NCBI GenBank assembly: GCA_021736385.1 | Contig: JAIPFY010000004.1 | Coordinates: 6,112 to 70,111 of the forward strand | Source of the DNA: Spirochaetia bacterium | GTDB lineage: Bacteria > Spirochaetota > Spirochaetia > CAKZLE01 | Length of the DNA: 64,000 nucleotides | Reading direction: 5' to 3' | Part shown: in pieces, positions 29,286 to 38,047 of the stretch | Layout: every line of letters starts with the position of its first letter | Numbering within the stretch: the stretch's first letter is position 1 | Position numbers and translations under genes: made by a program | The notes under the pieces: generated by a model | Seen by the model: the letters and a program-made list of their open reading frames with translations, nothing else | Databases searched by the model: none | Told to the model about the DNA's origin: nothing

Positions 29286-31157
29286 ATGAAACGAGTGAAC
29301 TTCTTACCTGCAGTGGTCCTGTCTCTCTTTCTGATCGTCTCCTCGGCGTCTCTTACCGGCGTGAACCTGACCACCGCGGCTCTTGATGCGTTCTTCGGGG
29401 GGCTGATCCCCCTGCAGCTGCAGCAGCAGCATATAGCAGGAGCAGTGGTCACCGTCGTACACCGGGGGGAGGTGGTCTTCTCCCATGGATACGGCTATGC
29501 AGATCTTGAGCACCGAAGACCGATGGACCCCTCTGATACTCTGGTACGTATCGGGTCGATCACGAAGCTGTGTACCGCGACGGTAGTGATGCAGCTGGTA
29601 GAGCAGGGCTTGATCGATCTTGATGCCGATATCGAACGGTATCTGGAGTTCCCGATCACCAGAGCCTTCGATGAGCCTGTGACGATGAGACATCTGCTGA
29701 CCCATACCGCAGGGTTCGAGGATCGGGGATTCGGTACCTGGGTCCAGAAGGATGCTCTCCCTCTCTCCCTGGCATCCTGGCTTGTGACCGATATGCCGGA
29801 GCAGGTCCGCAGGCCAGGCTCCTATGCTGCCTATTCCAACTACGGCTTCGCCCTTGCCGGGCATATAGCCTCAAGGGTATCGGGGATGGATTATGATACC
29901 CTCCTCGAGCGATCCCTCTTCTCCCCGCTCATGATGGATCATACCTCTTCAGCACAGCCGATCCCGGAAAATCTTCAGCCTCTTGCCTCTCTCGGGTATC
30001 GATTCGAGCAGGGCCGCTATGTGGTTCAGGACCTGCCTCTGCTCCTGCCTGCTCCTGCAGGCTCGGTCTATTCCACTGCTGAGGATATGAGTCGCCTCAT
30101 GATCATGCAGCTGCAGTCGGGCAGGTATGCTCAAGAGCAGCTTCTGCTGAGCGAGAGTGCAGCTGTGATGCAGTCTGTCCAGTTCAAACATGATCAGAAC
30201 CTGCATGACGGCATGGCCCTCGGTTTCTATGAGACCCACCGGAACGGGGTGAGGATCATAGGCCATGGGGGAGATACCCTCTGGTTCCACTCCCGTCTGG
30301 CCCTGATCCCCTCCCATGAGATCGGGCTGTTCGTCTCGTTCAACAGTGCCGGATCTGAGGAACTGGGCACAGAGATCGTCGATACCTTCACCGATCACTT
30401 CCTCGGTGTGGAACAGCAGCGCTCAGATCCCTTCATCCCTGCTGATACCGATATGGTCAGCGGGACCTATCGCATGAACAGGATGTCTTTCTCTACCCCC
30501 GAGCGTCTCATGCAGCTGCTTTCGACCATCAGCATCGAGAAGGTCGATGCGGGAACGATCCTGCTTGACGGTCCGAAGGGACCGGAACTCTTCAGGGCTG
30601 TCGCTCCCATGGTCTATGAACGAGAGGGAAGTGCACTCAGACTGGTCTTCTCCGAGGATGAGCAGGGGAGTATGAGGGCTTTTCTTGATACCGCCCCCTT
30701 TCTGGTCTTCCAGAGGATCCCCTGGTATGAATCAGCAGCAGTGCATCTGGGGATCATGGTGGTCACCCTGGTGATTTCTCTCCTATGGATCGTCTTGCAT
30801 CTAAAGAGACGTCTCCTCGGGACTGCGGGGTACCGCATGACCGGTCGTCCCTGTCTCTTCGATGCCGGCATGCTGGGCTTCTCCGGACTCGCGATCGCCC
30901 TTCTGACCGTCATGGGGCTGCTTATCTCTGATATCACAGCACTGATGACAGGAGGTTCCTCCCTGATCTATCTGCTCTATGCCCTGCCGTATCTGCTGGT
31001 ATGCTGCTTTCTTGCTGCAGCCTCCGGCCTGATCGTCTCGCTGCGGACCCTCGTGCTCTCAGGGAAGAGCCTGTTCCGTTCTGTCCTTCAGCTTCTGGTC
31101 CTTCTGTCCTTTCTCTGGTCCCTCTGGTACTGGAACATTCTCGGAGGAAGATTCTAA
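29286..31157 (+). CDS. Beta-lactamase-fold serine hydrolase (class C/PBP4*-like) with C-terminal multi-TM anchor
   Basis: Signal peptide. SITK (SxxK), YSNYG (YxN) and HGG motifs. C-terminal about 130 aa contains three to four hydrophobic helices. Confidence 0.75.
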   Translation: MKRVNFLPAVVLSLFLIVSSASLTGVNLTTAALDAFFGGLIPLQLQQQHIAGAVVTVVHRGEVVFSHGYGYADLEHRRPMDPSDTLVRIGSITKLCTATVVMQLVEQGLIDLDADIERYLEFPITRAFDEPVTMRHLLTHTAGFEDRGFGTWVQKDALPLSLASWLVTDMPEQVRRPGSYAAYSNYGFALAGHIASRVSGMDYDTLLERSLFSPLMMDHTSSAQPIPENLQPLASLGYRFEQGRYVVQDLPLLLPAPAGSVYSTAEDMSRLMIMQLQSGRYAQEQLLLSESAAVMQSVQFKHDQNLHDGMALGFYETHRNGVRIIGHGGDTLWFHSRLALIPSHEIGLFVSFNSAGSEELGTEIVDTFTDHFLGVEQQRSDPFIPADTDMVSGTYRMNRMSFSTPERLMQLLSTISIEKVDAGTILLDGPKGPELFRAVAPMVYEREGSALRLVFSEDEQGSMRAFLDTAPFLVFQRIPWYESAAVHLGIMVVTLVISLLWIVLHLKRRLLGTAGYRMTGRPCLFDAGMLGFSGLAIALLTVMGLLISDITALMTGGSSLIYLLYALPYLLVCCFLAAASGLIVSLRTLVLSGKSLFRSVLQLLVLLSFLWSLWYWNILGGRF

Positions 31158-31245
31158 GGCCCAGTTTTGCGATAGATTCTTGTGCTGCGGATACGTGTAC
31201 CGTATGATGGAGAGAGGAGATCCAGGACTGTAAGGAGAGCTGCCT

Positions 31246-31560
31246 ATGAAAGAGATCAAAGAGAATCTGCAGTATATCATGGAGAAGCATGGTGATATCT
31301 ATGCTGCCTATGAGCAGTACGGGAGGCTGGTCCATACTGATGGAGGGCCTCTTGATGAGAAGACCCGATGGCTGATCAAGGTTGCCATATCCAGTGCGAG
31401 TGAATACCAGTTCGCTCTTCGGACCCACATCAACAAGGCCCTGGCCGCGGGGTGCACCCGTGAAGAGATCGAACACGCCATATTGATGATCGCTCCGACC
31501 ACAGGATTCCCGAGGATGATGGAAGGTATCATGATCCTGCGCGAACTGCTCGGGGATTAG
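31246..31560 (+). CDS. Carboxymuconolactone decarboxylase (CMD/AhpD-like) family protein
   Basis: 104 aa. Typical CMD helical core. AAGGAG RBS. Confidence 0.7.
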   Translation: MKEIKENLQYIMEKHGDIYAAYEQYGRLVHTDGGPLDEKTRWLIKVAISSASEYQFALRTHINKALAAGCTREEIEHAILMIAPTTGFPRMMEGIMILRELLGD

Positions 31561-31761
31561 GTATTCGGCTGCATGTATCAGTCGGTAAGAAAATGGTCCT
31601 CGTTCCAACTACTCATAGTAGACGGTATATGTATAGTATACGACATAACTCATTGTGCATGAATATTTCGGATGAGGTATGCATATACTATGCTCAGGAG
31701 AATAGCATGCCACATCGAGATTAGTGTACTGATCCTGCCGAGCTTCTCGCTGAAGAACAGA

Positions 31762-31937
31762 TGATCATATCTTCAACCAATGATGCACAGTTTCAGCAGA
31801 AAGTGGAAATCGTTAATTTGGTGCTCAGTGGTCTTACACCCTCGTTTTTGAGCACATACTGCGGGGAAAGCACAAATGCTATTACGCTTTGGGTGAAGAC
31901 CACTGATGAGCAGGGTTTTGATGCTCTTACGCTCTAA
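31762..31937 (+). pseudogene. Remnant of an IS630-like transposase N-terminal wHTH (58-codon fragment)
   Basis: Translation ...LVLSGLTPSFLSTYCGESTNAITLWVKTTDEQGFDAL resembles the IS630/Tc1 N-terminal HTH (LSxGxS...FGVSxSTVxRWVKRxxExG). No DDE domain follows. Confidence 0.35.
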
Positions 31938-32698
31938 TAACCGGTTTGGACCCCGATCCCTGCATCGACGCGTATGTTGATCCCGGTGATCTTCGAAGCC
32001 TGACTGCTTGCCAGGAACAGGGCAGTGTGTGCCACATCCTCAGCGTCTATGAGAGTATGCAGAGGAGAGTTCTCTGTATACCTCCGCACTCCGTCAGGCC
32101 ATGCCTGCTCTATGCCCTCACGATGGATGACCCCCGGTGAGATGCCATTCACTCTGATCGAATACGGACCGAGTTCAAGAGCCGATGCACGGGTGAACTG
32201 CAGCAGCCCGCCCTTGAGAGCCCCGTACTGACTGTGACCTGCAGCCGGGTTCTCCGCTTCTATCGACAGGATGTTGATGATCGAGCGCTGTATATCTATT
32301 CCCCTGCTGCGTGCCTGTCTGGCCATCTGTGCAGTGCAGTAGATCGGTGCGAAGAGATTCACTGCGCTCATGCTGCCCAGCAATCCTTCATTGGTCTCCA
32401 TGATCGGCTGCAGATCCTGTATCCCGGCATTATTGATCAGTACATCAATACACTCCGTGTGTGATGAGATCTCTGAGAACAGCTGCACGATCGCATCGTG
32501 TGAGCTGAGATCGGCCTCAAGCAGGTGGTATGAGCCTGCGGGCAGCGTGCTGATCCAGACAGGCAGTTCTCCGGTCCACGATCGTGCCTGAAGGAAGAGG
32601 TGAGCCCCTTCTGCGGCGAAAGCTGTTGCCAGAGCCGTACCGAGCAGGCCTCTGCTCCCTGTGATCAATACCCCTTTCCCCTTGAGATCAGCATACAT
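31934..32698 (-). CDS. SDR family oxidoreductase
   Basis: KGVLITGSRGLLG Rossmann motif. YxxxK (YGALKGG). 254 aa. Confidence 0.8.
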   Translation of the reverse strand: MYADLKGKGVLITGSRGLLGTALATAFAAEGAHLFLQARSWTGELPVWISTLPAGSYHLLEADLSSHDAIVQLFSEISSHTECIDVLINNAGIQDLQPIMETNEGLLGSMSAVNLFAPIYCTAQMARQARSRGIDIQRSIINILSIEAENPAAGHSQYGALKGGLLQFTRASALELGPYSIRVNGISPGVIHREGIEQAWPDGVRRYTENSPLHTLIDAEDVAHTALFLASSQASKITGINIRVDAGIGVQTGY

Positions 32699-32817
32699 GG
32701 CTGTGATCCTCCCTGAAGATGTGTCCTTCTCCTATCATAGGAGCCTTTATAGGATTATACAAGAAGAGAATGAACACAGAACAGACAGCTATAGCCCTTT
32801 GCCCGTTCGTATGAATC

Positions 32818-34665
32818 ATGATAGACTCCGGTATGGAAATTACAGGAAAAGGCAATCTGGTACTCTATAAAGCAAAACCGGCAGTCATTCGCCAGACCGG
32901 TGCGAAAGTGACCATCGAACTGGAGACCGGGAAGACGGTGAGTGTACGTCCCAAGGACATCACGCTCCTGCACCCCGGTCCGATACAGAATCTGAAAGAA
33001 CTATCTTCTGCACCTGCGGCTTCGAGTGAACTCGAGGCTGCCTGTGAGATGCTCTATGGAGAACAGACGAACATACAGGAGTTCTCAGAGCTCGCCTATG
33101 AAGCATGGACCCCATCCTCTGCCTGGGAAGTCATCAGACTGCTTGGAGATGGACTCCTGCTCAGTGGAGAACCCTGGGAGATCACGGTTCATACCGAAGA
33201 GGTCATAGCACAGGAGCGGGAGCGACGACAGCAGAAAGCTGCACAGCAGCAGCAGTGGGAGTCGTTCATCGAACGGCTGCGAACAAAGAAGCTTGAAGCA
33301 GAGGATACTGCCAGATTCTTCGATGTCGAGAACCTGGCACAGGGACATACCACCTCGAGCAGGATCCTTAAGGAACTGGGGATCAAAGAGGATGCAGAAC
33401 ATGCCCATGCCGTACTGCTGAAATATGGTATCTGGGATGACCATGTGAATCCTCATATCGCCCGGTTCGGCTGTACCACCGAACCCGACCATCCTCTCAG
33501 TGAGATCGCAGGATCCATCGAACGGGTCGATCTGACGCATCTGAGTTCGTTTGCCATCGATGATGAGGGCAACACCGACCCCGATGATGCGATCAGTATC
33601 GACGGGGATCGCATATGGGTGCATGTGGCTGATGTCGCATCTGCTGTGAGCCCGGGAAGCCCGGCAGACCTGTCTGCCGCATCACAGGGAGCCACGCTCT
33701 ATCTACCGGAGATCACCGTACCGATGCTGCACCGCGAGAGTGCAGACCTCTTCGGGCTGGGGCTGCAGGAACTCTCTCCTGCACTCTCCTTTGGAGTGCG
33801 GCTCGATGACGAGGGGCATATACACGACGTTCAGATCTGCAGATCCACCGTCAGGGTGACGAGGATCACCTATGAACAGGCACAGCAGGCAGTGACCAGC
33901 TCTCCGCTGAAGGAGATCGATGAGCTGCTTGCCCGATACCAGCAAGGACGGAAGGACTTCGGGGCGATCGAACTCTCTCTGCCGGAAGTCCGCATCAGGG
34001 TCAGAGAGGACCATCAGGTGGAGATCTCCCCCATAGTCACCTATCCTTCACGGGAGCTGGTCAGTAATGCCATGATCATGGCCGGTGAGGCGGCAGCTCA
34101 GTTCGCCTCCTCCCATCAGATCCCGTTTCCCTATGCGGTCCAGGTCCCGCCTGAAGGCAGTCTGCCTGAGCAGGCCTCTCTTACCCAGATGTATGCCTTT
34201 CGCCGGCAGCTCAAGCCAAGCGAAGTGAGGCTCTCCCCCGATGTACACTCAGGCCTCGGGGTCGCAGCGTACAGCAGGGTCACCAGCCCTCTTCGCCGCT
34301 ATGTAGATCTGCTGGCACATCAGCAGCTGGGGGCGTATCTGAGCGGTGAACCGATGATGGATGATCAGGAACTGCTCTATAAGGCAAGTACCGCCTTCGA
34401 GCAGGCAAAGCAGACCCAGCGGCTCGAACGGGCGGCCAACTACCAGTGGAAGCTGGTCTATCTGAAGCAGCATCCGGACTGGGAAGGTCCCGGGGTAGTC
34501 GTGGAGATCAGAAAGAACACCTGTACGGTATTGATCCCCTCGCTCGCGATGGAGACACAGCTTCCGCTGATCCATGGCATCGAGATAGGGGATCAGGTGA
34601 TACTCTCGGTAGAGAGTGTCCAGATTCCCTACCAGAGTGCACAGTTCGCTGTGCGTCTCCCCTGA
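32818..34665 (+). CDS. RNB-family 3'-5' exoribonuclease (RNase II/R-like)
   Basis: RNB catalytic motif (SPLRRYVDLLAHQQL). N-terminal and C-terminal OB/S1-like regions. Start uncertain (no clear RBS). Confidence 0.75.
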   Translation: MIDSGMEITGKGNLVLYKAKPAVIRQTGAKVTIELETGKTVSVRPKDITLLHPGPIQNLKELSSAPAASSELEAACEMLYGEQTNIQEFSELAYEAWTPSSAWEVIRLLGDGLLLSGEPWEITVHTEEVIAQERERRQQKAAQQQQWESFIERLRTKKLEAEDTARFFDVENLAQGHTTSSRILKELGIKEDAEHAHAVLLKYGIWDDHVNPHIARFGCTTEPDHPLSEIAGSIERVDLTHLSSFAIDDEGNTDPDDAISIDGDRIWVHVADVASAVSPGSPADLSAASQGATLYLPEITVPMLHRESADLFGLGLQELSPALSFGVRLDDEGHIHDVQICRSTVRVTRITYEQAQQAVTSSPLKEIDELLARYQQGRKDFGAIELSLPEVRIRVREDHQVEISPIVTYPSRELVSNAMIMAGEAAAQFASSHQIPFPYAVQVPPEGSLPEQASLTQMYAFRRQLKPSEVRLSPDVHSGLGVAAYSRVTSPLRRYVDLLAHQQLGAYLSGEPMMDDQELLYKASTAFEQAKQTQRLERAANYQWKLVYLKQHPDWEGPGVVVEIRKNTCTVLIPSLAMETQLPLIHGIEIGDQVILSVESVQIPYQSAQFAVRLP

Positions 34666-34690
34666 TCAGAAGAAGGAATAGCGCACGTAC

Positions 34691-35509
34691 ATGCATGAGA
34701 TAACCGAAGAACAGCTGAAAGGACTCTCCCATTGGTTCGATGGCTATGTGAAGAGGTACCTTGATGATAGGGCGACCGAAGAGAACATCACCCTGAAGAT
34801 AGATCATACCAGAAGGGTCTGTGAGGAGATCCTGATGATCGCACGGTCACAGGATCTTGATGAAGGGGAGAAACGATTCGCCCGGATCATAGCCCTGTTC
34901 CATGACATCGGCAGATTCGAACAGTACCGTACCTACAGGACCTTCGCTGATGCCCGATCAGTCGATCATGCGCAGCTGGGCGTTCAGATCCTCAGGGAGC
35001 AGGACGTGCTGCATCTGCTCGATCCGCATGTACAGGAACTCGCCCTGAGGTGTATCGGGTATCACAACAGGGCGCAGCTTCCGCACGAGGAGACTCCTGA
35101 GTGTCTCTACTTCTCCCGCATGCTCCGCGATGCCGATAAACTTGATATCTGGCGTGTGGTGATCACCTATTATGAGCGGGAGGACAAGACAGAGAACAAA
35201 GGTCTCCAGTTGGACCTGGAAGATACCCCGGGAGTCTCACAGGCGGTATACGATGGCCTTCTGGCACATCAGATCGTGAAGACGGCAGATGTGAAGAACC
35301 TCAATGACTTCAAGCTCCTGCAGGCCGGATGGGTCTATGACTGCAACTTCCCGGCAACCCTTGAAGCTGTATGCCAGAGGAAGTATCTGAGATCGATCCA
35401 GTCGGCTCTTCCTGATCAGCCGGCCATAGCTGAGATCTTCACTGAGATCGACAGGTACCTGAGAGCCCGCATGGAAGAGTATGCAGCTGCAGGCTATGAG
35501 ATGTCATAG
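34691..35509 (+). CDS. HD-domain phosphohydrolase
   Basis: H...HD motif (ALFHDIGR) and downstream D (DADKLD). 26 bp after the RNase II gene. Confidence 0.7.
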   Translation: MHEITEEQLKGLSHWFDGYVKRYLDDRATEENITLKIDHTRRVCEEILMIARSQDLDEGEKRFARIIALFHDIGRFEQYRTYRTFADARSVDHAQLGVQILREQDVLHLLDPHVQELALRCIGYHNRAQLPHEETPECLYFSRMLRDADKLDIWRVVITYYEREDKTENKGLQLDLEDTPGVSQAVYDGLLAHQIVKTADVKNLNDFKLLQAGWVYDCNFPATLEAVCQRKYLRSIQSALPDQPAIAEIFTEIDRYLRARMEEYAAAGYEMS

Positions 35510-35514
35510 CAGGG

Positions 35515-36762
35515 CTATCTGCTCTCTTCTGCAGCCAGATAGGCATCCTGTCCCTGCTGTGCTGCACAGACGGTGAGCAGCGGACCTTTTGTCAACGTGA
35601 TGAGGGCTGAACCCAGCGGTGCGGTGAGGATGATACTCATGACGGCGACAGCAAGGATGAGCATCCCTGGGGCAGTCTCCATACCGGAACTCTGCATGGC
35701 GATCAGTGGATACGAACCGATCGCAGCCTGTACCGTAGCTTTCGGCAGATAGGCGATGGTGATGAACAGTCGCTCTCTGGCTGTGAAACGGCTCCTGAAG
35801 AGCGAGAGCTGAACACCGGCACTCCTGCCTGCAAGCCCGATGGCTATGACTGCGATACCTCCTGCGCCTGCCTGCAGGGCTGTGGGGATATCGACCTCCG
35901 CGCCGATGAGGGCGAACAGCAGGATCTGCGCGAAGACCCATACCTTACCCAGTTTGGATGAGATCTCATGAGCCATATGTTCGTCTCTCTCCAGGATGTA
36001 GAAGCCTATGGCCATCACCGCGAGCAGTGCGGAGAAGGGGAACAGGGAGTTGATCCCCCGTTCGAACGAGAGGAGCATGACTGCGATCCCGATGACGATG
36101 AGCGTTCGTTTGGTGGCACGGGGATCCATCTTCCTGAACAGCAGATAACACAGATACCCGATCCCGATCCCCGTTGCGATCCCCGTGACGATAGAGACAG
36201 GGACCGAGATGATGTTCTGAAGCAGAGAGACCGACTCTCCCACATACATCCCGATGAACGAGGTAGCCAGCACGATAGCGAAGGCATCATCGCTGGAAGC
36301 TCCCGCAAGGATCAGGGTAGGGACCCCTGAATCCACACCCCGTCCCTCTTCGATGAGTTCGATCATATGAGGGACGATCACTGCCGGAGAGACGGCAGCG
36401 AGCACGCTGCCGAGCATCGCAGCCTCGAGGGTCGAGATCGGAAGGATATGGGGAGCTGTCAGGGTGATGGTGGAGACTTCGAACAGACAGGGGACGAACG
36501 CCATGAGCAGTGCTCGGAACCCGACCCGCTGCAGTGCCAGCCTGCTCAGTTCGAAACCTGCTCTCAGGAGGATGACGATCAGTGCTATGAGTCTGAGATC
36601 CGATGAGACACGCTGCAGTTCCGGGGTGATGAGATCCAATGCGAACGGACCGAGGAGCATGCCGGTGACCAGCAGGCCGATAAGACCCGGCAGGTGCATC
36701 TGTTCGAAGAGCCAGGCGACCAGGAGTCCTATGAGAATCAGTTCCGCTATCCCAAAAGCCAT
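35515..36762 (-). CDS. Cation:proton antiporter (CPA1 / Na+/H+ exchanger family)
   Basis: About 12 TM helices. Start set at MAFGIAEL (GGAGG RBS 7 nt upstream) rather than the ORF-track start. Confidence 0.75.
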   Translation of the reverse strand: MAFGIAELILIGLLVAWLFEQMHLPGLIGLLVTGMLLGPFALDLITPELQRVSSDLRLIALIVILLRAGFELSRLALQRVGFRALLMAFVPCLFEVSTITLTAPHILPISTLEAAMLGSVLAAVSPAVIVPHMIELIEEGRGVDSGVPTLILAGASSDDAFAIVLATSFIGMYVGESVSLLQNIISVPVSIVTGIATGIGIGYLCYLLFRKMDPRATKRTLIVIGIAVMLLSFERGINSLFPFSALLAVMAIGFYILERDEHMAHEISSKLGKVWVFAQILLFALIGAEVDIPTALQAGAGGIAVIAIGLAGRSAGVQLSLFRSRFTARERLFITIAYLPKATVQAAIGSYPLIAMQSSGMETAPGMLILAVAVMSIILTAPLGSALITLTKGPLLTVCAAQQGQDAYLAAEESR

Positions 36763-37030
36763 ATGCATACCTCCGGCAAATAGATACAGGACAGGCCTGT
36801 GTATGAGTCTGTTTGCAGGAGTCATCAGCCGTTACCGGCGGTTAGCAGGAGGAACCCCATCTCCATTCCCCGTTATCCTATAGGATTCTCACACAGGGTG
36901 TCAAGTTCGGATCCCGACAGGCTCTGCAGACTGATTGCGGGATCCGATAGACCGTTGTAGTCTTCTGCGGCATCAGAGAACCGGTACCCCCACAGCTGTG
37001 ATAAACAGCTGACAGAAGAGCTAAAAACAT

Positions 37031-37059
37031 GGTGATACGGTATTCCCGTATGCTATAAT
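37031..37059 (+). promoter_or_regulatory. Promoter with extended -10 (TGCTATAAT), overlapped by inverted repeat ATACGG-5-CCGTAT, upstream of the LTD/CotH genes
   Basis: TGnTATAAT at 37051-37059. Weak -35 GTGATA. Inverted repeat at 37035-37051. Confidence 0.5.
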
Positions 37060-37086
37060 GAGCTATTATGTGATGACAGGGTAGAT

Positions 37087-38034
37087 ATGAAAAAGTATAT
37101 AAGTATTGCTGGTGTGATCATGGCAGCCCTCAGTATCGCCGCAGCTGAACCTGCTGCAGCACGTCCTGAGATGATCGTGATCAATGAAGCGGCCTCGACC
37201 GGTGCGTATGATTTTGTCGAGCTGAGGAATCTCGGTTCCGAGGATGCCATCTTCGATGGCTCATGGTCCCTCATCGATGATCTCGAGGGCTCTGCCGACG
37301 GCGATAAGCCGGCGGTGATCCCTGCAGGGACCGTGATCCCTGCGAACGGGTACCTCCTCCTGGCCCCGTATAAAGTGCAGCTGCTCTCATCGAAGGTCCC
37401 GAAAGACCTCCCTGAAGCTGCCATACCACTGAGATCCTTTGCCCTCGGTTCCCAAGATAGCGTCACGCTGCTTCAGGGGATGCAGATCGTAGACCGGTTC
37501 TCCTGGGATACGGCGATCAACAGCTATGGGAGATCTCCTGTTGACAGCAATACGCTCACTGATCTGCTCATACCCACCCCCGGTACTGAAAACAGACAGG
37601 AGATCTATCATACCGGAGAGCTTCCGGTGAAGATCAATGAAGTCTGCTCGAAAGGACTCGATTACATCGAGCTCTTCAATACCTCAGACCGTGACTATCA
37701 GCTGGAGCCCGGAAGCTGGGAACTCCATGATACAGGACGCAACGATGTGTTCCGCTTCCCTGAAGCGGCAGTGATACCTGCACAGGGATTCCTGACCATC
37801 TATCCCGATCTGGTCCGATTGCCCCTCTCTGCACGGAAGAACAGTTATGCCTCCACTGCAGGGAACCGTTTCGGTCTGGGAGAGAGTGACAGGGTCTTTC
37901 TGAAGTATGATGGGAAGATCGTTGATACGATCGGATGGAGACTTCATGCGGCAAGTACGGGGAGATTGCCCGACGGTGGTGATCTCTGGGTGGCAGATCT
38001 CTTTCTGACCCCCGGACGAACGAACAGGAAATGA
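37087..38034 (+). CDS. Secreted protein with two lamin-tail domains (LTD)
   Basis: Signal peptide. Two repeats of the LTD signature (IVINEAASTGAYDFVELRN... and VKINEVCSKGLDYIELFN...), each followed by the G-x-W beta-strand region. Confidence 0.7.
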   Translation: MKKYISIAGVIMAALSIAAAEPAAARPEMIVINEAASTGAYDFVELRNLGSEDAIFDGSWSLIDDLEGSADGDKPAVIPAGTVIPANGYLLLAPYKVQLLSSKVPKDLPEAAIPLRSFALGSQDSVTLLQGMQIVDRFSWDTAINSYGRSPVDSNTLTDLLIPTPGTENRQEIYHTGELPVKINEVCSKGLDYIELFNTSDRDYQLEPGSWELHDTGRNDVFRFPEAAVIPAQGFLTIYPDLVRLPLSARKNSYASTAGNRFGLGESDRVFLKYDGKIVDTIGWRLHAASTGRLPDGGDLWVADLFLTPGRTNRK

Positions 38035-38047
38035 CAGGAGACAGAGC

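Noticed and set aside
35968-36606. Acidic and Arg-rich plus-strand ORFs (DRDRDRDD-type) overlapping the antiporter gene
   Set aside because: Antisense to a coherent 12-TM antiporter gene. The repetitive charged translation is a mirror of hydrophobic codons.
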